Assembly: GCA_019058315.1 (NCBI GenBank)
Contig: JAHPZH010000002.1
Location: 352,001 to 416,000 of the forward strand
DNA: 64,000 bases
Source of the DNA: Candidatus Helarchaeota archaeon
Lineage (GTDB): Archaea; Asgardarchaeota; Lokiarchaeia; Helarchaeales; RDOG01
Direction of reading: 5' to 3'
Shown: positions 47,288 to 56,696 of the stretch, one piece after another
Layout of the letters: the number at the start of each line of letters is the position of its first letter
Numbering within the stretch: the stretch's first letter is position 1
Made by a program: the position numbers and the translations under genes
Notes under the pieces: generated by a model
Database searches by the model: none
What the model saw: the letters and a program-made list of their open reading frames with translations, nothing else
What the model was told of the DNA's origin: nothing

Positions 47288-49534
47288 ATGTTAGAAATAA
47301 CAAAAGCAATTTTATATAAAACTGGAATTGGCTACTTTGAGCGTATAGGAAAAATCGATTTTAATAAATCAAATAAGATAATTCTATCTTTCAAGAAGAA
47401 GCTTATGAATGATGTTCTAGCATCTCTTTCGGTCTCGGGCAAATCCAGCTTAGTCACTGGAGTTTCTTATGAAGGACACGACATAGATCTGGCAAGAGCA
47501 CTAGAAGATGCTCTTATTAAGGTACCGAATGAAAATTCTTTTATTTCCTTACTAAAACAGACCGTAGGCTCTCAAATTGAAATCAAGATTGGAAGTGAAG
47601 TTATTAAAGGGATTGTTCTTGGAATTCAAAGTTATGAAGTTGGGGTAGAAGGAACAAAAGAAAAAATCCAAGAACCTTTTTTAGTTTTAGCTGATGAAAG
47701 TGGGGATATAAAAAATATCAAAGTAGCAGATATGACTGGTCCTGATGCAACATTTTATTTAACTGATGAAAAAATGAACAAAGAATTACAATATTTCCTA
47801 GAAACAATCTATAGTTCAAAGAAACGTGATGCTAAAACGATGACAATTTTTCTAGAACAAAAACCAGATTCCCCTAATGAATCCGAAGTTTCAATATCTT
47901 ACCTGCATGAAGTCCCTTCATGGAAGGCCAGCTACAGACTTTTAGTATTTCCAGGTGGAGAAACCATCATTCAGGGTTTTGGTTTAATCGATAACCCAAC
48001 AGATGAAGATTGGAATAGTATTAATTTATCACTAATATCTGGATTACCAGTATCATTTATATACGATCTTTATTCCCCAAATTGGATAAAACGTCCTTTT
48101 GTTGCACGTAGGGAAAGTTATGATATCACTCCGACTACTTATGAGGAGGATATATCTGGATCTGATCAAACTCTTGATGGTGCTCCAATGGAATTAGGGG
48201 CAGTCACGAAGATCCCACGGGTTACGTCCGGGTCTACAGCTAACTTGAGAGATGAAAGAGAAAGAATGCAGAGAGTTTTAGAATCAACAAAAGTTGCTGC
48301 TGCAGGATCTGAAGGTGGAGACTTCTTCGAGTACGAGATAACAGTTCCTATAACTGTAAAACGAAATGAATCGTCATTAGTCCCAATATTACAATCTGAA
48401 ATAAAAGCAAATAGAATGTCAGTTTATAATGAAAAAGTCCGTAAGGATAATCCAATGCTAACAGTAGAATTGACAAATAACACTAATTTGACTTTAGAAG
48501 AGGGTCCTATATCAATCTATGAAGCAGGAACTTTCTCAGGAGAGGGAATGTTACCATTTCTAAAAAAGGAAGAAAAGCGAAGGATCGGTTATGCTGTAGA
48601 TCTTGGTGTTCTCGTTACCACAAAGACTGAAGAAGACTCATTAGATTTTCATCAAATTAGAATTGCACGTAATCTTCAAGGATACCGATACAGAATAAAA
48701 AAAGTCGAATATACTATAAAAAATAAAACTGATGAGCAAAAAGAAATCGTCATAGAACATCCAAAGATTAAAAAATGGGACTTATTTGAAACCAAAGATC
48801 CATTTGAAGAGTCGAAAAATTTCTATCGATATAAACAGACATTAGCTCCCAATACTTCAGAGAAGCTTCTTATAAAGACTAGAAATGTTGAAATTGAATA
48901 CAGATACTATTCAAATGTTTCAAAATATGATATTGAAGCTTGGTATGAATTAAAATTAATCAATGACGAACAAAAAGAATTTTTAATGAAAATCTGGAGA
49001 GCAACCACCAAACTAAGCGATTTAAGAGCTGAAATTCAATCTTTACAGAATGATAAAAACAACATTTCAACGGATCAAAATCGTCTTCGTGAAAATATTA
49101 AAGTTCTTAAAATAAGCCATGGCGAACGTCAACTTCGTGAGAAGTATATTAAAAAATTAGAAGATCAAGAAGAAATCCTTGAAAAGATTGAAGCAAAAAT
49201 CGAAAAAATACAAAAAGAAGTTAAGAATTACGAATATCTTATTAGCAAATTAAATGAGTTAAATTATAATAATGCCTCCTCCCTAAATAGTGTCGCTTGG
49301 GGATTCTGGCTAATTAAAGACGCTGAAACATGTGTAGAATATGCTAAAAAATCAATTGATCTCGATCCTACACGAAGTTCTACCTGGGATACTTTAGCTT
49401 GTGGCTTATATGGAATTGGAAAAATTAAAGAAAGTTATGAAGCATTTCAGAAAGCTATAGAATTAAAGCCTAAAGGTGAAGAAGGTTTAACTAAAGAAGT
49501 TTGGGAAAAAGTGAAGTCTCAATACAATCCTTAA
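47288..49534 (+). CDS. DUF4139-family protein, type B with C-terminal TPR, copy 2
   Basis: Colinear close paralog of 39038..41284 (both 748 aa). Confidence 0.75.
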   Translation: MLEITKAILYKTGIGYFERIGKIDFNKSNKIILSFKKKLMNDVLASLSVSGKSSLVTGVSYEGHDIDLARALEDALIKVPNENSFISLLKQTVGSQIEIKIGSEVIKGIVLGIQSYEVGVEGTKEKIQEPFLVLADESGDIKNIKVADMTGPDATFYLTDEKMNKELQYFLETIYSSKKRDAKTMTIFLEQKPDSPNESEVSISYLHEVPSWKASYRLLVFPGGETIIQGFGLIDNPTDEDWNSINLSLISGLPVSFIYDLYSPNWIKRPFVARRESYDITPTTYEEDISGSDQTLDGAPMELGAVTKIPRVTSGSTANLRDERERMQRVLESTKVAAAGSEGGDFFEYEITVPITVKRNESSLVPILQSEIKANRMSVYNEKVRKDNPMLTVELTNNTNLTLEEGPISIYEAGTFSGEGMLPFLKKEEKRRIGYAVDLGVLVTTKTEEDSLDFHQIRIARNLQGYRYRIKKVEYTIKNKTDEQKEIVIEHPKIKKWDLFETKDPFEESKNFYRYKQTLAPNTSEKLLIKTRNVEIEYRYYSNVSKYDIEAWYELKLINDEQKEFLMKIWRATTKLSDLRAEIQSLQNDKNNISTDQNRLRENIKVLKISHGERQLREKYIKKLEDQEEILEKIEAKIEKIQKEVKNYEYLISKLNELNYNNASSLNSVAWGFWLIKDAETCVEYAKKSIDLDPTRSSTWDTLACGLYGIGKIKESYEAFQKAIELKPKGEEGLTKEVWEKVKSQYNP

Positions 49535-49564
49535 TAAAACTCTTTTTTTAATTTCTATATTTTT

Positions 49565-49880
49565 TTAAAACCCATAATTTGTAGTTTCATTAAAAATATG
49601 TTTAGATTCTATTAGAAAGACATCTTTTTGCCAAATTCTTAAAGAAATTTTTTTAATTTCTCCATTAATAATGAGCTTATCTCCTGCTTGTATATCAGTA
49701 CTAAAGATAGAACTGCCACGCCCCCAAGCAACTACTGGAATTTCATTAGGAACGCCGTGAATTCTTTCATCCAATTTTAAGATAAAACTAATTATTACAC
49801 CATGAGAGGCAGAATATTTAACTTTCCTTTCAGTTACTGTTCCACGTATAGTACCCTTAAAAATTGGTTTTTGGTAACAT
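49565..49880 (-). pseudogene. Small OB-fold-like gene with a 1-nt frameshift just after the start
   Basis: GGAGGTG then ATG at 49880 gives MLPKTNF*. Removing one A from CCAAAAACC gives MLPKPIFKGTIRGTVTERKVKYSASHGVIISFILKLDERIHGVPNEIPVVAWG...GDKLIINGEI. Confidence 0.55.
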
Positions 49881-49987
49881 ATACACCTCCATAGGATTTT
49901 TTAAAATCTAATAAATTATTTATGGATAAAATTGCTATTTATATTTTGAAATAAATGGGATATATGTGATTAAAAAAGGAAAATAAA

Positions 49988-50560
49988 ATGAGTCGTCGAA
50001 TAAAGAAAAAAGTTTCCAAAGACGTAGGAGCTAAGATGGCTGGTTTAGACAAGCTCCAATTGAAAATTATGAAGGGTTTAAGTAGGACTAAATCAATTTT
50101 CCAAAATATAAAAATAAAAAGGGAGAATAAAGAAAAAGAAATGGATATTACAGAAAAAACACAATCAGAAATAGCTAAAATAAGTAAAAAACTTGAAAAT
50201 AATGAAAATATATTTGAAAAAATTTCAAAACAAATAACAGTTCAAGGGGAAATATTATCACAAAGAGTTGCAAGATTTCAAGAAGTTATGAAAGGTCTTG
50301 TAATTAAAAGTGAAGAATTGGAAGAATTTGGAAAGGCTCCGGTTGAAGGACACATGACAGTCGAGGATATAGAAAGTTTCTTAGCTACATTATACGAAAA
50401 TTATGGTATGATGCAACGAACGTATGAGGAAACTAAGGATGATGCCTTTTTAGAAATGGCTATGGATACACAGTTAGCAATTCAGGAGATTAATGAAATT
50501 AAAGGGTATTTAATAGAACGTGGACGATTCGATAAAGAATTTGATTCACTAGGAATATAA
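49988..50560 (+). CDS. Hypothetical coiled-coil protein
   Basis: 190 aa, helical and charged; no family recognised. Confidence 0.7.
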   Translation: MSRRIKKKVSKDVGAKMAGLDKLQLKIMKGLSRTKSIFQNIKIKRENKEKEMDITEKTQSEIAKISKKLENNENIFEKISKQITVQGEILSQRVARFQEVMKGLVIKSEELEEFGKAPVEGHMTVEDIESFLATLYENYGMMQRTYEETKDDAFLEMAMDTQLAIQEINEIKGYLIERGRFDKEFDSLGI

Positions 50561-50600
50561 AAATAATTTTTACATAATATTAAATAAAAAGGAGAGGATA

Positions 50601-51542
50601 ATGGAAAGTTTACCTAATTGGCATCCATATTGGTCATCATTTCCTAATGAACTTGAATATAGTGATTTAGATACAGCTGTAATTGACTTTATAATGAGTT
50701 GCTATCACAAAGTGGAGGGGGGATTTGGAGATTATAAGACGGAAAAAGAGCCGTATGTAAGCTCAACAGCTAAAGGGTTAATTTGTCTAGATTTATTAAA
50801 AAAAATAGATATGGTAAAAAGAATCGATATATATTCATTTTTAAGAGGTTGTCAAAATTCTGATTTTGGATTTGCTATTACAACTTCGAAAAGTGATTTA
50901 TATCCATCAAACTTAGAAAGCACTTATTATAGTATAATCGCAATAAACCTGATTGGATATTTACCTCGTTTAAAACTTCACCAACCTAAAATAATTAATT
51001 GGGTTCTTTCCCACTATAATTTCGATGGAGGATTTCATAGTGATGAAAGTGTTGTTTCTAACGAATATTACACATTTCAGGCTTTATTAATATTGAATCT
51101 TTTAAAGGGTCTTGATAGAATAGACCCAAATTTAACGGTAAGTTATTTAATTAATAGACAAACCTTTAAAAACCCTGAAGTCACATTGACAACAAGCCAG
51201 CTTCTATCCTTATATCTGCTAATAAGTCCAGAAGAAGTAATAGATAGATTGAATATCAAGGTTTCAACTAGTCGTTTATTACGTTGTCAAAACAAGACGG
51301 GAGGATTTCGTAAGAAAAAAATAGATTTAATATATAAATCCGATATGCTTTATACATTCCAAGCTATTATAGGATTAACTATTATAAGAAAGCTGACAAG
51401 AATTAACAAAGAAAAAGCAATTGAATGGATAATTTCTTGTCAAAATGATGATGGTGGTTTTGGAAACAAACCAAATGCAAAATCGTCCCTTTCAAATACA
51501 TTCTATGCTTTAATATCATTATATCATCTGACGAGTCTATAA
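50601..51542 (+). CDS. Prenyltransferase-beta/squalene-cyclase repeat protein
   Basis: Repeats 'CQNxDGGF' (CYHKVEGGFG, CQNSDFGF, HYNFDGGF, CQNKTGGF, CQNDDGGFG) each followed by 'TxxAxxxL'. Confidence 0.82.
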   Translation: MESLPNWHPYWSSFPNELEYSDLDTAVIDFIMSCYHKVEGGFGDYKTEKEPYVSSTAKGLICLDLLKKIDMVKRIDIYSFLRGCQNSDFGFAITTSKSDLYPSNLESTYYSIIAINLIGYLPRLKLHQPKIINWVLSHYNFDGGFHSDESVVSNEYYTFQALLILNLLKGLDRIDPNLTVSYLINRQTFKNPEVTLTTSQLLSLYLLISPEEVIDRLNIKVSTSRLLRCQNKTGGFRKKKIDLIYKSDMLYTFQAIIGLTIIRKLTRINKEKAIEWIISCQNDDGGFGNKPNAKSSLSNTFYALISLYHLTSL

Positions 51543-52033
51543 GTTATGGAATTTTAATTTAAATTATTCTGCAAAAAAACTGATTTTACCGATAAAATTT
51601 AAATTTTTGAAACTTCTAGCGATGAAAAACTATAATCAGATCTTCGGTGTATTTTGAAATTCATCATAAAAAATTGGCGCCTTATGAAATTATGTTCTAC
51701 CTTTGCTATCTCCTAAGGTTTTTACCAAATTCAAAAACAAAGGTGTAAAAAGCTTTTTCTCAAGATTTTAAGGATCTATATCTCATAAAATCAAAAAATA
51801 AGCCTTTAGAAACGAGATAGCTTAAACAATCGATATGACAAAAATCATCTGATCTAGAAAAAAGTTATGAGAAATTTGTCGAATATGAGAATTTGATATT
51901 GAAATCGAATGCTTTATATAGGAGTTTTGGTTGAAAGTTTCATAATTGAACTAATATTTCGAAATACCATTTCGAAAAAAAATTAAAATTAAAAAAAAAT
52001 CGATTAAAAAAAAATAAATTTGAGGGAAAAAAT

Positions 52034-52255
52034 ATGGCAAAGAAAGCCAAAGTTATAACGAAAACCGCTCTTAGGCGATTAATGAAAGTAGAAGCAGATG
52101 CAAGCATTGTAAGTGCTGATGCAATCGCAGCATTAATGGATTATCTCCAAGATACTGCAGTCACAATCACAAAGAAAGCACTAGAACTTACTAAACATGC
52201 TAAAAGAAAAACAGTCTCAAAAGAAGACGTAAAAATCGCCCTTCAGAGCTTATAA
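52034..52255 (+). CDS. Archaeal histone (histone fold)
   Basis: 'ALRRLMK', 'VSADAI', 'HAKRKTVSKEDV'; TATA-like CTTTATATA at about 51912. Confidence 0.92.
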   Translation: MAKKAKVITKTALRRLMKVEADASIVSADAIAALMDYLQDTAVTITKKALELTKHAKRKTVSKEDVKIALQSL

Positions 52256-52265
52256 ACCTTAATCA

Positions 52266-52286
52266 TTTCCTTTTTTTTTTCTTTCT
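52266..52286 (+). terminator. Oligo-T archaeal terminator candidate after the histone gene
   Basis: T10 run at 52271..52280 within a pyrimidine tract just after the stop. Confidence 0.5.
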
Positions 52287-52386
52287 AATTCTATAGAGTT
52301 AAAACTTTTCTGCATTTTAAACCAAAATTTCTTTTTAGTAATATTTTTAACTTAAATTTCAATCTATAATTTCAATCAATTTTAGA

Positions 52387-53670
52387 GTGATATTTTTGCT
52401 TGAAGGATTAGACGACGTTGAATGGGACACTTTAGAGCACGCGTATGGTGAAGCATCCGATGTTCCTGAACAAATTCGAAATTTGGCTTCAAATGATCAA
52501 AAAGTTCGAGATCAAGCTTTATGGGATCTAAATGGAAATATTCTTCACCAAGGTACTCGATATGAGGCATCAGCTTATGCAGTTCCGTTCATATTTGAGA
52601 TATTAAAAGAACCTGGAGCTGGCGATAAAGTAAAACTAATTGAATTTTTGGTGAATTTAGCCCTAGGATATCCCGACTCTTTTTTACCATTCGGTCCAAA
52701 TGTGCAAGGGTGGATAGATGAATATAATTATTGGGTTGAAAGGGCAGAAAAAGAGAGGTTAACCTTTGACGATGAAATGTGGATGACTAACTTAGGGGAT
52801 TTTGTTGAAGTTTATAAGGCAGTACAAAAACAAGTATCTGATTTTTATAGTTTTCTTGATAGTGAAAATGACGATGAACGATTATGGGCCACTTTTACTG
52901 TTGCTTGGTTCCGTGAAGACGCTAAAAGTAGTATACCAAAGGTTCGTAAAGTATTAGATAAAGAGAAATCCGAAAAGAATATAGCAAATGCCATTTTATC
53001 TCTTTCATTGCTAGACTCATATCTTAATGATGTTTCAGATGTTGATTTATTTAAAGAATATTTAGCAGAGGATAATCCTACCCTTGTTAAGACTTCAGCA
53101 GCGATTGCACTTATAAATGTCCTTAAAGAGGGTACAGAAACAAGCGTGTTAAAAAGTTTAGGCGATACATTAATTGAGTTGGCGAAAAAGGATAGTCCTC
53201 CCGGCGATACACATAAGGTAACTGCCTCAGTTGAAAAGGAGGATGGAGAAACTATTAATTTAGGGGTCTATACCTCTGGCGGAAAGGGAGCAGCTTCTGA
53301 ATTTCCTTGGAATGATGGAGATATGGTAGGTTACATATCCAAAATATTGAAAAGTTTTGGAAGAAAAGACCCAGAAAAAATTCTACCTCCATTATGTGAT
53401 GCATTACAATATTTAGATGGTATTCCTGCACTTACAATAACGCAGACTATGTTATGGATAGTGTTTCCAGAACCACCAAAGGGAGATCTTTGGACAACGG
53501 AAGAATTAAATGAAAACCAAAAATTAGTAATACGAGCAATTGCGAATAGTCCTCGTGCTTGGACATACGGTGGACAACCTTTTGGTAATTATCGAATGGA
53601 GATAAGTGGATGGAGACTACCTACTAAATTTGAAGAGTTGAAAAGATTAGCAGGACCTAATAATAAGTAA
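52387..53670 (+). CDS. HEAT-like repeat protein
   Basis: 'LDDVEWDTLEHAYGEASDVP', 'ILHQGTRYEASAYAVPF', followed by helical repeats. Confidence 0.7.
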   Translation: MIFLLEGLDDVEWDTLEHAYGEASDVPEQIRNLASNDQKVRDQALWDLNGNILHQGTRYEASAYAVPFIFEILKEPGAGDKVKLIEFLVNLALGYPDSFLPFGPNVQGWIDEYNYWVERAEKERLTFDDEMWMTNLGDFVEVYKAVQKQVSDFYSFLDSENDDERLWATFTVAWFREDAKSSIPKVRKVLDKEKSEKNIANAILSLSLLDSYLNDVSDVDLFKEYLAEDNPTLVKTSAAIALINVLKEGTETSVLKSLGDTLIELAKKDSPPGDTHKVTASVEKEDGETINLGVYTSGGKGAASEFPWNDGDMVGYISKILKSFGRKDPEKILPPLCDALQYLDGIPALTITQTMLWIVFPEPPKGDLWTTEELNENQKLVIRAIANSPRAWTYGGQPFGNYRMEISGWRLPTKFEELKRLAGPNNK

Positions 53671-53693
53671 GTTTTGAGTTTTGGAATTCATCA

Positions 53694-55190
53694 TTATGGA
53701 TTAAACTCTTTTATTTTTTCATTTATTTCGTCTACTCTATTCTTTAATGTTTGTAAATCTCTTAAATTAAATCTAACACTATTTATTCGTTTTTTTATTA
53801 GCTCTAATTCTTCAAGAAGGTTTTTTGTTTTCAGCTTCTTCCAATTCGCAATTACTAATTCTGGTTCACTTCTGTATGTCCAAACGTTATTTGAAAATAT
53901 ATGACCTGCATCAAGATTTAGAATTGTTAATTTTCTCAGGTTTTCGAAATTATTTATTTCTAAAATTTTATTCATTACGAGATATAATTCTTTTAATTTC
54001 GTTAAATTTTCTAGATTCTTAATTTCTGTAATTTGATTATTCTGAAGATTTAATTTTTTTAATTTAGTCAGATTATCTAAATTCTTAATTTCCGTAATTT
54101 GATTTACTTCTAGTATTAATTTTTTTAATTGTGTCAAATTTTCTAAATTCTTAATTTCTTTAATTTGGTTACGACCAAGAAATAATTCTTCAAGTTGTGT
54201 CAGATGTTCTAAATTCTTGATTTCTGAAATTTGATTAGAGTCAAGATATATAGTTTTTAATTTATTTTGGTTTTGCAAATTCTCGATTTCTGAAATTTGA
54301 TTAATTCCAAGAGCTAATAACTGGAGTTGTGTAAGATTTTCTAAATTTTTGATTTTTTTAATTTGATTTGCTTCAATTTTTAATTCTTTTAATTGTTTTA
54401 AATTATCTAAATTCTTAATTTCTGTAATTTTATTTGAATCAATACTTAAAACTTGAAGTTGGGTTAAATTTTCAACATTCTTAATTTCTGTAATTTTATT
54501 TGAATCAAGATTTAAAACTTGAAGTTGTATTAAATTTTCAACATTCTTAATTTCTGTAATTTTATTAATTTGAAGCCATAATTCTTTTAATTTTGATAAC
54601 TTTTCTAAATTCTTTATTTCTGTAATTTTATTATCTTGAAGTATTAATTCTTCTAATTCTGTTAGATTTTCGAGATTCACGATTTCTGTAATTTGATTTA
54701 GACCAAGGTCTAATCGATGAAGTTTGGTTAAATGTCCCAGATTCTTGATTTCATTAATTTGGTTTTCACATAGATCTAATTTCTGAAGTTGAGTAAGATT
54801 TTCGAGATTTTTGATTTCAAAAATTTTATTTACACCAAGATCTAAAACTTTTAGTTGTGTAAGTTTGTCTAAATTCTCGATTTCTGAAATTTTATTTAAA
54901 CCAAGATTAAGTTGTTGAAGTTGCATCAGTTGTTCTAAATTTTTGATTTTCGAAATTTCATTTATTGAAAGATCTAATACTTGGAGTTGCGTTAGATGTT
55001 CCAGATTCTCAATTTCTGAGATGTCATTTCTACTTAGATCTAATACTTGAAGTTGTTTCAGATTCTCTAGATTTTTGATTTTGGTAATATTTTGGATTTG
55101 TAGATCAATAAGTTTCAGAGTTTTTAATCCATTTATTTTTTTAACCTGAAAATTTTTTCCTTTATATCGCACAGACATATTAATTGACAT
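53694..55190 (-). CDS. Leucine-rich repeat protein (Sds22-like)
   Basis: About 18 repeats of LxxLxLxxNxIxEIKNLENLT; C-terminal coiled coil. Confidence 0.93.
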   Translation of the reverse strand: MSINMSVRYKGKNFQVKKINGLKTLKLIDLQIQNITKIKNLENLKQLQVLDLSRNDISEIENLEHLTQLQVLDLSINEISKIKNLEQLMQLQQLNLGLNKISEIENLDKLTQLKVLDLGVNKIFEIKNLENLTQLQKLDLCENQINEIKNLGHLTKLHRLDLGLNQITEIVNLENLTELEELILQDNKITEIKNLEKLSKLKELWLQINKITEIKNVENLIQLQVLNLDSNKITEIKNVENLTQLQVLSIDSNKITEIKNLDNLKQLKELKIEANQIKKIKNLENLTQLQLLALGINQISEIENLQNQNKLKTIYLDSNQISEIKNLEHLTQLEELFLGRNQIKEIKNLENLTQLKKLILEVNQITEIKNLDNLTKLKKLNLQNNQITEIKNLENLTKLKELYLVMNKILEINNFENLRKLTILNLDAGHIFSNNVWTYRSEPELVIANWKKLKTKNLLEELELIKKRINSVRFNLRDLQTLKNRVDEINEKIKEFNP

Positions 55191-55221
55191 ATTTTAACCA
55201 ATTTTCACTTTGATCTTGAAA

Positions 55222-56379
55222 TTACATTTCAAGGGATTTTATTTTGTCATTTATTTCCTGAACTTTCGCTTTTAATTTCTCTAAATCTTCTAATTTAATT
55301 CCTGGCATATTCATTTGTGTTTTTATTGACTCTAATTTTTCAACGAGTTCAGCTACTTTAAGATTATTACAATGCTCGATTACTGCTTTTACTCCTTCTT
55401 CATATATTTTTTTATCATTATCTAATAAATAAGATGAAGTTAGAAATAAGGTTTGAAGTTTTGTTAGATTTACTAAATTCTTAATTTCTAAAATCTGATT
55501 TTCATTTAGATTTAATATATAAAGTTCTGTTAGATTATCTAAATTCTTAATTTCTGAGATTTGATTGAACTCAAGAGATAATCTTTCTAATTTAGTCAAA
55601 TTAGCTAAATTCTTCATTTCCGAAATTTGATTATGTCCTAATTCTAAATTTTGCAGTCGTGTTAAATTGTTTAAATTCTTTATTTCTGAGATTTGATTAT
55701 GTCCTAATTCTAAAAATTGCAGTCTTGTTAAATTATCTAAATTCTTAATTTCTGAAATTTGATTATGTCCTAATTCTAAATTTTGTAGTTGTGTTAAAGT
55801 ATCTAAATTCTTAATTTCTGAAATTTGATTATGTCCCAATTCTAAAAATTGTAATCGTGTTAAATTGTCTAAATTCTTAATTTCTGAAATTTGATTTTTG
55901 TCAAGATCTAACCTTTGGAGTTGTATAAGATTATCTAAATTTTTAATCTCTGAAATTTGATTTTCTTGAAGCCATAATTCTTCTAATTTTTTTAGATTAT
56001 CTAAATTACCTATTTCTGAAATCTGATTAGTATTGAGCATTAATATTTGGAGTTGTGGTAGATTATCCAGATTTTTTATTCTCGAAATTTGATTATTACC
56101 AAGATATAAAACTTCTAACTGTGTTAAATTTTCTAAATTCTTGATTTCTGTAATCTGATTTCCACTAAGCTCTAATTTTTTTAGTTTTCTTAGGTTTTCT
56201 AGATTCTCGATTTCTGAAATTTCATTTATTGAAAGATCTAATACTTGGAGTTCTGTTAGATTTTCTAAATTTTTAATTTCTGTAATATCTTGGATTTGTA
56301 AATCAGAAAGATCTAGAATTTTTAACCCATTACTTAAAATTTCAACAGGGTAAGTATTTCCTTCATATTCCACCGACAT
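55222..56379 (-). CDS. Leucine-rich repeat protein (Sds22-like), paralog of 53694..55190
   Basis: About 13 repeats; same N-cap (MSVxYxG) and C-terminal coiled coil as its neighbour. Confidence 0.93.
   Translation of the reverse strand: MSVEYEGNTYPVEILSNGLKILDLSDLQIQDITEIKNLENLTELQVLDLSINEISEIENLENLRKLKKLELSGNQITEIKNLENLTQLEVLYLGNNQISRIKNLDNLPQLQILMLNTNQISEIGNLDNLKKLEELWLQENQISEIKNLDNLIQLQRLDLDKNQISEIKNLDNLTRLQFLELGHNQISEIKNLDTLTQLQNLELGHNQISEIKNLDNLTRLQFLELGHNQISEIKNLNNLTRLQNLELGHNQISEMKNLANLTKLERLSLEFNQISEIKNLDNLTELYILNLNENQILEIKNLVNLTKLQTLFLTSSYLLDNDKKIYEEGVKAVIEHCNNLKVAELVEKLESIKTQMNMPGIKLEDLEKLKAKVQEINDKIKSLEM
55600..55900 (-). repeat. Near-identical 66-bp tandem repeats inside the LRR gene
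   Basis: Four consecutive LQxLELGHNQISEIKNL units, almost identical at DNA level (ttgattatgtcctaattctaaa). Boundaries approximate. Confidence 0.8.
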
Positions 56380-56696
56380 ATTCTTTCGACTATCTTCACT
56401 TTGAGATAAAAAAATTTATGATTTATTAGTAAATGTTTGTGAAATTAACTCTTGGGATGGTTTAAAAATCGTTATGTTTCTATCCCAAATAAACTAAATT
56501 TCCTTTAAATTGCGTTTCAAATAATATGGGGAATAAATTCAGTTTACTTTTTGAATTCTGCAGAGAAATCATATAAAATTACACCTTTTTGTTTTATATC
56601 AAGAAGTGTTTATATTCCCCTTACCTTATTAAAATTTATATGTAAGAAAAAGAATGAATTAATATCTCCTTTTTTTTAATTTTAAGAAGGGATATT

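Noticed and set aside
51543-52033. Possible ncRNA in the 490-bp spacer before the histone gene
   Set aside because: No GC-rich structure; only a TATA-like box and a short TTTCGAAAT/ATTTCGAAA hairpin, compatible with an ordinary promoter and 5' UTR.
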